From NCBI GenBank assembly GCA_947475165.1, contig CANJLD010000007.1, positions 83,131 to 147,130 on the forward strand: 64,000 nucleotides of DNA. The letters are read 5' to 3'. Under the pieces are notes generated by a model. The model searched no databases. It worked only from the letters and a program-made list of their open reading frames with translations, and was not told the DNA's origin. Positions within the stretch are counted from its first letter, which is position 1. The number at the start of each line of letters is the position of its first letter. Both the position numbers and the translations under genes were made by a program. Below are positions 55,499-63,199 of this stretch, in pieces. The DNA is from Bacteroidota bacterium (lineage in GTDB: Bacteria; Bacteroidota; Bacteroidia; Chitinophagales; LD1).

Positions 55499-56503
55499 TT
55501 AAACACGGGTTAAATTATTGAGCAATACGGCTCCTTTCAAAATATTTTGTTCGTCAACTACGGGCAAAAATAGAACAATAAAGTTTAGCTCATTTACCAG
55601 GCTAACTATATCTGACACCGTTGAATTTTCTGAAATGCTAATCGGCTTTTTATTGATAACCGTTTCTGCTTTTGTTGAATTTAAATCATTTAAATTTTTC
55701 AACAAACCTCTTCGCACATCGGCATTGCTTACAACACCGGTCAGTTTTCCTGCATCGTCTACTGCTAAGGCAAAACCCAAAGCAAACTTATCAATGGTTT
55801 GAAGAATAGTTTTGAAATCAATTTCTGATTGCCTTAAGACCGGAAGAAACTTAACCGGTGTGGCAAATTCAACAACGCGAAAGTTTTTGTGTTCGTTTGG
55901 AGTTTTATGAAAGCTCAGCATTCCCGCACTCAATGATTCATGATTCATCAGATAACTTCCTGACACAATTACGTTCACGCCAAGCAAACGAAGTATGTAA
56001 GCAATTTCATCGTTCACTCCTCCATCTACGTGTACGCGTGTTTTCGGAAAACGGGTTTTGAATTCAATAATTTTCTGAAAACTATCGCGGTTAAATTCTC
56101 CTCCGCTTTGTCCAGGCACGGTGCTCATCATCATTACAAAATCGAAACTGTCTTTAGCTTTCTCAAAAACATTAATAGATGTGGACGAAATAATTGATAA
56201 GCCGAACTTGGTGGAAGAATTTTTAGGAAGAACAGGAAGCTGTTTCAAATTCTCATACTGAAAACTTACATACTCAATCTTTAATTTTTCAATACGCTCA
56301 AAGTATTTCTCAGGCTCGGAAGAGATGATGTGAAGGTCAATGGGGGTGGAAGAAATTTTCCGAATGTTCGCGATGTCTTCAAATACTTTTTCATTATCGG
56401 CACAATCTACATGCAGCATATCTATTTCATGCGCATCTAAGTCCTGAACCAATTGAACGGGAGATTTTTCTTTGCCGGAATAAATTGAAGCGGAAATTTT
56501 CAT
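55499..56503 (-). CDS. Ribulose-phosphate-3-epimerase-like TIM barrel fused to a C-terminal CBS pair
   Basis: 334 aa with Rpe-like blocks MKISASIYS, MLHVDCAD, DLHIISSEP, MMMSTVPGQSGGEF, RVHVDGGVN and VIVSGSYL. About 120 aa of CBS-like sequence follow (LAVDDAGKLTGVVSNADVRRGL ... LPVVDEQNILKGAVLLNNL). Confidence 0.65.
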   Translation of the reverse strand: MKISASIYSGKEKSPVQLVQDLDAHEIDMLHVDCADNEKVFEDIANIRKISSTPIDLHIISSEPEKYFERIEKLKIEYVSFQYENLKQLPVLPKNSSTKFGLSIISSTSINVFEKAKDSFDFVMMMSTVPGQSGGEFNRDSFQKIIEFKTRFPKTRVHVDGGVNDEIAYILRLLGVNVIVSGSYLMNHESLSAGMLSFHKTPNEHKNFRVVEFATPVKFLPVLRQSEIDFKTILQTIDKFALGFALAVDDAGKLTGVVSNADVRRGLLKNLNDLNSTKAETVINKKPISISENSTVSDIVSLVNELNFIVLFLPVVDEQNILKGAVLLNNLTRV

Positions 56504-58387
56504 TTACTCTAAATCATATTGAAGTTTAAGCAAATTACTGTAAAGCCCATCACTCATTCGCGAAAGCTCGGTATGCGTTCCCTGCTCAACAATCTTTCCT
56601 TTATTAATTACCAGAATTACATCGGCTTCACGAATGGTAGATAAACGGTGAGCAATAATAAATGTTGTCCGGTTCTTCATCAGATCGTTCAATGCTTCTT
56701 TTACTAACTTCTCACTTTCAGAATCAAGTGCGGAAGTTGCTTCGTCCAGAATTAAAATCTTAGGGTCGCGGAGGATGGCGCGGGCAATGGCAATGCGTTG
56801 CTTTTGTCCGCCTGATATTTTTACTCCCCGCTCCCCAACAATCGTATCCATCTTTTCAGGGAACGATTCAATAAAACTAAGAGCGTTTGCTTTTCGCGCT
56901 GCGGTTATAATTTCTTCTTCGGTGGCATTTGTTTTTCCGTAAGCAATGTTTTCTCGAATGGTTCCTCCAAATAAAATTGTGTCCTGAGGAACGGTGCCAA
57001 AGTTTTTGCGGAGTGCGGTAATATTATAATCACGAATTCCTTTTCCGTCAATCAGAATATCGCCTTGGCTGAAAGGATAAAGACCGCTCAATAATTTAAT
57101 GATGGTTGATTTACCCGAACCGCTTGGTCCTACAAGCGCAATCTTCTGTCCGGCTTTTACTTTAAATGAAAGGTCGTTAAACAGAAGCGTGTCTTTGCGC
57201 GAAGGATAGGCGAAGTGAATATTCTTATACTCCACTTCACCGCGCACCGGTGATGAAAGACCTTCATCTTCTGTTTTTGTTTCACCGGTTTCTCCCAGTA
57301 TTTCATTAACCCGTTCCGATGCGCCTATTGTTTTTTGCAACACAGTATAGCTTTCACTTAAACCAGCTAACGAACTACCTATAAAGAGAGTAAGCAAGAA
57401 AAACTGAATCAAATCGCCCATTGATATTTTCCCTTGCGCTACTTCATTCAGGCCTGCATAAACTATAAATACAATTGCACCAAACATGGCGAAGATGATG
57501 AACGAAACAAACCCTGCGCGGTACTTTGCCGCATACATTCCAATAGTGGCTACGCTCTGACTAATCTTCGAATATCTCCTTGTTTCATATGCTTCATTAG
57601 TAAATGCTTTTACCACATCAATAGCAGTAAAGGTTTCTTCTACAATGGTATTGCTCTCTGCTAGCTCGTCCTGCGCTTTGCGCGAAATTTTTCGAATGAA
57701 CCTTCCGAAAATTACTGCTGCAATTACCAGCACCGGCAGCAGTGCAAGAATTATCATCGTCAACTTTACAGATACTGCAAGTATGAAAGGAATGCATACA
57801 ATTGGCAGCACTAACTGTCGCACAAAAAAAGCGAGTTGATTCGTCAACGCATCTTGCAATTGCGAAACATCAGATGAAATTCTTGAAGTCAGATTCCCTA
57901 CTCTGTTTTCTTCAAAGAATTGAATAGGCAGGGTTATTATTTTCTCATACAATGCTTTTCGAATGGCACTCATCGCATTCTGACTTACATATTCAAATAA
58001 GTAAATACGGAAGAAAGAAAGAACTGCCTGAATCAATAACACAATTCCCAGTATCTCTCCAATCTCTTTTAGTTTTTCAGGAGAAATTTCGGAAGAGTAG
58101 CTGCTTACAGCAGTGGTTATCTGCGCAATTTTTTCTTCTGCGCTGGCTGTTGATTTTACAACATCCGATACTTTGCTGATAACTTCTTTAGTAGGTGAAG
58201 CAGCGTCTACTAACTTACCAAATCCACCGGGAATAAAACTGACCACACCGGTAGAAACAACCAGGCAAATCATGCCGATAATAAAATGCCATTTGTAGGG
58301 AAGAATGAAGCGGTAAATACGCAACGCCTCAACAATTTCTTTGCGGCTTATTCTTTTTTTCTTTTCCGGTTCGGCAGTTTCAGACAT
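56504..58387 (-). CDS. ABC transporter, fused permease/ATPase (MsbA/exporter type)
   Basis: 627 aa with six TM helices. Walker A is GPSGSGKST, the signature is ISGGQKQR and Walker B is ILILDEATSALD. A first extracytoplasmic loop of about 50 aa is rich in Ser/Ala/Glu. Confidence 0.9.
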   Translation of the reverse strand: MSETAEPEKKKRISRKEIVEALRIYRFILPYKWHFIIGMICLVVSTGVVSFIPGGFGKLVDAASPTKEVISKVSDVVKSTASAEEKIAQITTAVSSYSSEISPEKLKEIGEILGIVLLIQAVLSFFRIYLFEYVSQNAMSAIRKALYEKIITLPIQFFEENRVGNLTSRISSDVSQLQDALTNQLAFFVRQLVLPIVCIPFILAVSVKLTMIILALLPVLVIAAVIFGRFIRKISRKAQDELAESNTIVEETFTAIDVVKAFTNEAYETRRYSKISQSVATIGMYAAKYRAGFVSFIIFAMFGAIVFIVYAGLNEVAQGKISMGDLIQFFLLTLFIGSSLAGLSESYTVLQKTIGASERVNEILGETGETKTEDEGLSSPVRGEVEYKNIHFAYPSRKDTLLFNDLSFKVKAGQKIALVGPSGSGKSTIIKLLSGLYPFSQGDILIDGKGIRDYNITALRKNFGTVPQDTILFGGTIRENIAYGKTNATEEEIITAARKANALSFIESFPEKMDTIVGERGVKISGGQKQRIAIARAILRDPKILILDEATSALDSESEKLVKEALNDLMKNRTTFIIAHRLSTIREADVILVINKGKIVEQGTHTELSRMSDGLYSNLLKLQYDLE

Positions 58388-58493
58388 GGAGGTGCAAATG
58401 TATCAGAGTAAGTGAAATGCTACAGATGAAACATCGGTAACTTTCAGTAAGTCGAAATAATGAAGGGGATATTTTACCAGTTAGGGTTCGGCT

Positions 58494-58533
58494 AAAAAAA
58501 CAAAGTGGTCGCTCTTGCGAACGACCAACTTTG
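58494..58533 (-). terminator. Rho-independent terminator of rplT
   Basis: On the minus strand the sequence reads AAAGTTGGTCGTTCGCAAGAGCGACCACTTTGTTTTTTT, an imperfect hairpin followed by a T-run. Confidence 0.7.
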
Positions 58534-58561
58534 AACCTATGAAAACACTAAAAGTTGGAAT

Positions 58562-58906
58562 CTATTTTACTTTGCTTACAACCGCTTTAAACGCTTCGGG
58601 GTTGTTAAGGGCTAAATCGGCAAGAACTTTACGGTTCAATTCGATGTTTGCTGAGGCAAGTTTATTGATAAATCTTGAATAAGTCAAGCCCTCTTCGCGC
58701 ACTGCCGCGTTAATACGTGTAATCCAAAGAGCGCGGTAATCTCTCTTTTTAAGTTTACGGCCTACATACGAGTAAACACCTGCTTTTTCAACAGCATTTT
58801 TTGCTACCGTATAAACTTTACTGCGGCTAAGGAAATACCCTTTGGCTTTGTCAAGTATCTTTTTTCTTCTCTTTCTGCTGGCTACTGCGTTGGTTGAACG
58901 TGGCAT
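58562..58906 (-). CDS. rplT: 50S ribosomal protein L20
   Basis: 114 aa: [22 protein letters not shown]...[12 protein letters not shown]. Confidence 0.97.
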   Translation of the reverse strand: MPRSTNAVASRKRRKKILDKAKGYFLSRSKVYTVAKNAVEKAGVYSYVGRKLKKRDYRALWITRINAAVREEGLTYSRFINKLASANIELNRKVLADLALNNPEAFKAVVSKVK

Positions 58907-58943
58907 TTTCTATTATTTTTTTCGGTTATTGTTTCTTAAAATA

Positions 58944-59141
58944 TTAAGCCAATCCAAGCATCAGTTTTACTCTGTGCTCATCGCTTTTGTGAACTACGGT
59001 TGACTTAGCAAGTTCTTCTTTTCTTTTCTTGCTTTTGCTGCCCAGCAAGTGACGCTTATACGCCTTGCCGCGCTTTATTTTACCCGAGCCGGTTACTTTG
59101 AAACGCTTCTTAGCTCCGGAATTTGTTTTCATTTTAGGCAT
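58944..59141 (-). CDS. rpmI: 50S ribosomal protein L35
   Basis: 65 aa: [24 protein letters not shown]...HLL. Confidence 0.95.
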   Translation of the reverse strand: MPKMKTNSGAKKRFKVTGSGKIKRGKAYKRHLLGSKSKKRKEELAKSTVVHKSDEHRVKLMLGLA

Positions 59142-59163
59142 AAATCTTTCTTTTTTGGGAGCG

Positions 59164-59194
59164 CAAATATATCCATACTTTCTACAAAACCAAA
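59164..59194 (-). promoter_or_regulatory. Candidate Bacteroidota sigma-A promoter for rpmI-rplT
   Basis: On the minus strand, TTTG (59194-59191) is followed by 19 nt and then TATATTTG (59171-59164). This matches the -33 TTTG / -7 TAnnTTTG consensus. The -7 box ends 22 nt before the rpmI ATG. Confidence 0.4.
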
Positions 59195-59580
59195 TCGTTT
59201 TTAGATAGTAGTAAACTACAGGTTATGGATAGCGAAGCAGGTCGCTTGGGGATAAATGATTGGTACGCAAAAGACATAAATAAGGTTCGGAACAGGCAAT
59301 GCTTTATTACTGTATAAAGCGAAAAGCGTATTCCGATAAACTGTTTGCCCGATAGCAGGCAGAAACAGCAGATTTCGAAGAACTATCCGCTGTTTCTGAA
59401 AATACAAATTTAGCTATCGCAGGTATAAAATCTGCATCGGGTGCAACAACTGTAACCCAAAGTGCTAAGAATGTAACTTTCGAAGACACGTCTTTAACCT
59501 CTTCTGCTAATTTTGATATAAGGGTTAGTGTAAAGCCTCTGAGGTCTGTCATTTAGGAATAGCCGGAAGCGGGAAATGTG

Positions 59581-59840
59581 CTCTGGGATATAACCGGTGC
59601 TGTTACGGTCATAACCGCCCATTTTACAGCCATAACTTCCTATGTTACGCCCGTAACTGCCACTGTTACGGTTATAACTTCCCAAGTTACGCTCGTAACA
59701 GCCTAGGTTACGCTCGTAACTGCCCTGGTTACAAATGGCTTTTCCCAAAGAACAAATGCTTCTTCCCACACAGTTTTCTTTGTTTCCTAATGTGCTTTTA
59801 TGGCTTCCGTGAGAACTTTCTTGTCTTCCACCTGGGCTTT
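59581..59840. repeat. 21-nt-phased repeat array with palindromic core GTTACG-NN-CGTAAC
   Basis: GTTAC (or TTTAC) recurs at 59602, 59623, 59644, 59665, 59686, 59707 and 59728. A TTCC/TGCC element stays in the same 21-nt phase out to 59826 (59637, 59679, 59742, 59763, 59784, 59805, 59826). Confidence 0.85.
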
Positions 59841-59919
59841 GGTGGCAGAGTGGGAATATGTTTTAGATTTGGGAAGAATACCCAACTGTTTTAGTTTGAC
59901 CGATGAAACACTATCTTAA

Positions 59920-60336
59920 ATGATTTCAAACACCTTAAAGTATGCGACTAAAGTATGGTTGACGAGTGTTTTACTTTCACCGTTTGTCTTCCTGTTGTTT
60001 ATGGGGACTGTTGACGCACAAAAATTGCAGACAGAAGCTATTGGTACGGGCGGCTTTGTCTTCTTTTCCCTTCTTTTTGGTTTTGTTTTATCAATTCCAA
60101 ATTGGATAGTCTTTGTTTTTGTTACAAGGTTCATAAACAGAAAATTTTCTGCTCACCCGCAAAAGAAACTGCCCCTTGCAATAGCAGGGATGATGCTTAC
60201 TTACATTTTGTTTGCTCTTGTATTTTTTAGCGATGGGGTTAGAGGACAACAAATTTTTCATTTGCTACTGTTAACGGCTTATTGCTCTACTATAGGAGCG
60301 GGAGCAGTTCTCTATAAATTAAAGCCTGATGAATGA
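59920..60336 (+). CDS. Small integral membrane protein (4 predicted TM helices)
   Basis: 138-aa hydrophobic ORF with no recognisable motif. Confidence 0.4.
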   Translation: MISNTLKYATKVWLTSVLLSPFVFLLFMGTVDAQKLQTEAIGTGGFVFFSLLFGFVLSIPNWIVFVFVTRFINRKFSAHPQKKLPLAIAGMMLTYILFALVFFSDGVRGQQIFHLLLLTAYCSTIGAGAVLYKLKPDE

Positions 60337-60344
60337 GATGTTTC

Positions 60345-61610
60345 TTACTCCCTCACCAACATCTGAATAGTAGTTCTTGAAATCTGCCGCACCAGAATGT
60401 CTTTGTCCTTGGTAAGCTTATCAATAATGCCCTGGTTGTAGTGGCGTATGGTGAGCAGCGAAAGATTATCGTTGCGCGTAATGCTGAAATCGTTTTTCAG
60501 TGCGTCAATTACGTTCTCAATTTTCTCTTTCTTAAAATCAACGGCAATCGAAAAGCTGATAGCCGCGTTCTGCATCATATTAATACGCAGGCGGTTTTCG
60601 GCAAAGGTGGCAAACACCTTGCTCAGGTGGTCTTCGGCAATAAATGAAAAATCGTTGGCCGAAAAGGAGAGGAGCACCTGCTGGCGTTTCCAGATAATAA
60701 CCGGTGGCAGAAAATTGGTGTTGGCGTTGGCGCTTATCACCGAGCCGCGCTTGCCGCTGTTTACAAACGAGCGCACCTCAAGGGGAATATTTTTATTCTG
60801 AATGGGCTTAATCGTTTTCGGGTGAATAACACTCGCTCCGTAGTAAGTCATTTCAATAGCCTCATGAAAAGTCAACTCGCTTATAAACTGCGCATCGGCA
60901 AACTCCTTCGGGTCGGCATTCATAATTCCTTCCACATCTTTCCAAACCGTCATGCGCTCGGCACCGAGCGAGTAAGCAAAAATAGAAGCGGTGTAATCGG
61001 AACCCTCGCGACCGAGCGTAGCGGCAAAGCCTTCGGGCGTGCTGCCCACAAAACCCTGCGTAATAACGAAACCGGTCTTTACCAGTTCAGTAACTTTATC
61101 GCTGATGGCTTTTTCGGTCTTTGCAAAATCAACCTTGCCTTCGGTATAAGCGTTGTCGGTAAACAGCACTTCTTTTACATCGAGCAACGTATTTTTTAAG
61201 CCTATGGAATTGGCGTAGTCGCTTACAATGGTGGTGGAGATATACTCACCGATAGAAACAATCTGGTCGTAGATGTAATTGTAATTGCGCGAACTGTTTT
61301 CTTTCAGAAATTTACGACCGGCTTCAATCAGCTTCTTTACATCTTCAACCGCTTTTGTTTTATCGCTGCTGCCGTAAAGCTCGTTGATGATAGCTACGTG
61401 TTTATCAAACAAGCCATCCAATGCTTTTTCCCAATCTGCTTTACCGGCATAGTAAAGATTGATAACGTTCTCCAACTCGTTAGTGCTTTTACCCATAGCT
61501 GAGATAACCACTACCTTTTCGTTGAAGTTGTTTTCTTTTAAAATAGAAGTAACATTTTTTACTGCTGCTGCATCTTTAACAGATGCTCCACCAAATTTGT
61601 AAACCTGCAT
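60345..61610 (-). CDS. lysC: Aspartate kinase
   Basis: 421 aa with the N-terminus MQVYKFGGASV and motifs VVVISAMGKSTN and GREGSDYTA. The C-terminal region is ACT-like. Confidence 0.9.
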   Translation of the reverse strand: MQVYKFGGASVKDAAAVKNVTSILKENNFNEKVVVISAMGKSTNELENVINLYYAGKADWEKALDGLFDKHVAIINELYGSSDKTKAVEDVKKLIEAGRKFLKENSSRNYNYIYDQIVSIGEYISTTIVSDYANSIGLKNTLLDVKEVLFTDNAYTEGKVDFAKTEKAISDKVTELVKTGFVITQGFVGSTPEGFAATLGREGSDYTASIFAYSLGAERMTVWKDVEGIMNADPKEFADAQFISELTFHEAIEMTYYGASVIHPKTIKPIQNKNIPLEVRSFVNSGKRGSVISANANTNFLPPVIIWKRQQVLLSFSANDFSFIAEDHLSKVFATFAENRLRINMMQNAAISFSIAVDFKKEKIENVIDALKNDFSITRNDNLSLLTIRHYNQGIIDKLTKDKDILVRQISRTTIQMLVRE

Positions 61611-61631
61611 TGCTGATTTTAGATTTTAGAA

Positions 61632-62123
61632 TTATGATTTTTGATTTTCAAGATATGCGCTTATCTGGTCTTTATTCATCTTCACGGTAATCCAGTCCGG
61701 CTCAAAAGTTACGTTAAGCGATTTATAAAACTCTATAGCCGGTGTATTCCAGTTCAGCACCTGCCATCGAATTTCGTTTACGTGTTCTTCTTTCGCCACT
61801 TTCAAAAACTCGTTGATTAACTTTCTTCCTATACCAAACTGCCGGTGGCTTTCGGTAACCACTAAATCATCTAAGAAAAGCATCTTGCCTTTCCACGTAG
61901 AATAAGCAATATAGTAAAGCGCCATGCCTATTACTTCGTTAGTGTCTGCTGCCTCAGCAATAAACACTCTGTAAAGCGAATGTTTGCCAAAGCCGTCAGC
62001 CAGCAGCATTTTCTCGGTGTTTATTACTGCTTCGGGCGCGCGCTCAAACAAAGCAAGCTCGCGCACTAATTTCATAATGCCCGGAATATCTTTTTCATCG
62101 CCATGTCTGATAATAAAACTCAT
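61632..62123 (-). CDS. GNAT family N-acetyltransferase
   Basis: About 163 aa with the acetyl-CoA-binding motif RQFGIGRKL. I prefer the start at 62123 (MSFIIRHGDE); 62147 is possible. It lies 21 nt upstream of lysC. Confidence 0.8.
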   Translation of the reverse strand: MSFIIRHGDEKDIPGIMKLVRELALFERAPEAVINTEKMLLADGFGKHSLYRVFIAEAADTNEVIGMALYYIAYSTWKGKMLFLDDLVVTESHRQFGIGRKLINEFLKVAKEEHVNEIRWQVLNWNTPAIEFYKSLNVTFEPDWITVKMNKDQISAYLENQKS

Positions 62124-62224
62124 GTGGTGCTTTTTGAGAGTGCGCAAAGATATTCAGGCAAACAAATTTTAAAAGAGGCAAGAAACCCGTTTTAATATAT
62201 TCGCACGCAAACATCATTTTACCT

Positions 62225-63193
62225 ATGGCAAAAGGAGCTCTCCTCACCGATTTTCTGGAAAAGAACTGCAATCTTGAATTGAACAAAACCCTTCTTTCAT
62301 TGGCAGAAGGCTCTAAAATTATCGGCCGCCTCATCAACAACGCGGGCATTACCGACATACTCGGAGTAACCGGAGAAACCAATGTGCAGGGCGAAACCGT
62401 TCAGAAACTCGATGACCTTTCTAACCGCATATTGATGGATTATCTCCGCGCCAGCGAAACCTGTGCGGGTTACCTAAGCGAAGAAAACGAAGGAGTAGTT
62501 ACGCTGAACGAAAACGGCAAATACATTATTTCCGTTGACCCTCTCGATGGTTCGGGAAACATTGACATCTGCGCACCGGTAGGCACTATCTTCAATATTG
62601 TAGAAAGAATTTCTCCAACCGGTCCGGTAAACGATGCCGACTTTTTTCAAACAGGTAACAAAACAATTGCTGCGGGCTATTTTATTTATGGCAGCTCAAC
62701 TATTCTTATTCTCTCCACCGGTAATGGAGTAAATGGTTTTACACTGAATACAGAGAACCATCATTACTTTCTTTCGCATCCCGATATTAAGATTGCCGAG
62801 AGCGGTAAAATATATTCACTTAATCAGGGTAACATCGGCAAGTTCGATGATGGAGTAAAAAACTTTGTTTCTTATTGTTCCGAAAGCGATAAAGCAACAT
62901 CGCGTCCATACTCACTGCGTTACATCGGCTCGATGGTAGGCGATATTCAGCGCACCTTAATTAAGGGAGGCATCTTTATTTATCCGGCTAATAAAGGCGA
63001 AAAGAAGGGAAAGCTTCGTTTGTTATATGAATGTATTCCTATGTCGTACATTGCAGAACAGGCAGGAGGGAAAGGAACAGACGGAAGCCAACGCATACTC
63101 GACATTCAACCAACCGAACTTCACGAACGAACTGCTATATTTATTGGGTCGAAGAACTTGGTAGATAAAGCGCATGAGTTTTTGAACGGATAA
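62225..63193 (+). CDS. fbp: Fructose-1,6-bisphosphatase, class 1
   Basis: 322 aa with VDPLDGSGNID, LRYIGSMVGD and GGIFIYP motifs. Confidence 0.92.
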   Translation: MAKGALLTDFLEKNCNLELNKTLLSLAEGSKIIGRLINNAGITDILGVTGETNVQGETVQKLDDLSNRILMDYLRASETCAGYLSEENEGVVTLNENGKYIISVDPLDGSGNIDICAPVGTIFNIVERISPTGPVNDADFFQTGNKTIAAGYFIYGSSTILILSTGNGVNGFTLNTENHHYFLSHPDIKIAESGKIYSLNQGNIGKFDDGVKNFVSYCSESDKATSRPYSLRYIGSMVGDIQRTLIKGGIFIYPANKGEKKGKLRLLYECIPMSYIAEQAGGKGTDGSQRILDIQPTELHERTAIFIGSKNLVDKAHEFLNG

Positions 63194-63199
63194 CTACGG

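Noticed and set aside
59494-59769. Track ORF of 91 aa (GSYERNL heptad repeats) as a real Gly/Tyr/Asn-rich protein gene.
   Set aside because: Its 'M' is a GTG. The open frame is a by-product of the palindromic 21-nt unit, and the opposite strand is equally open with a similar peptide. The C-terminal non-repeat part has no recognisable features. I kept it as an open possibility in the findings and did not call it a CDS.
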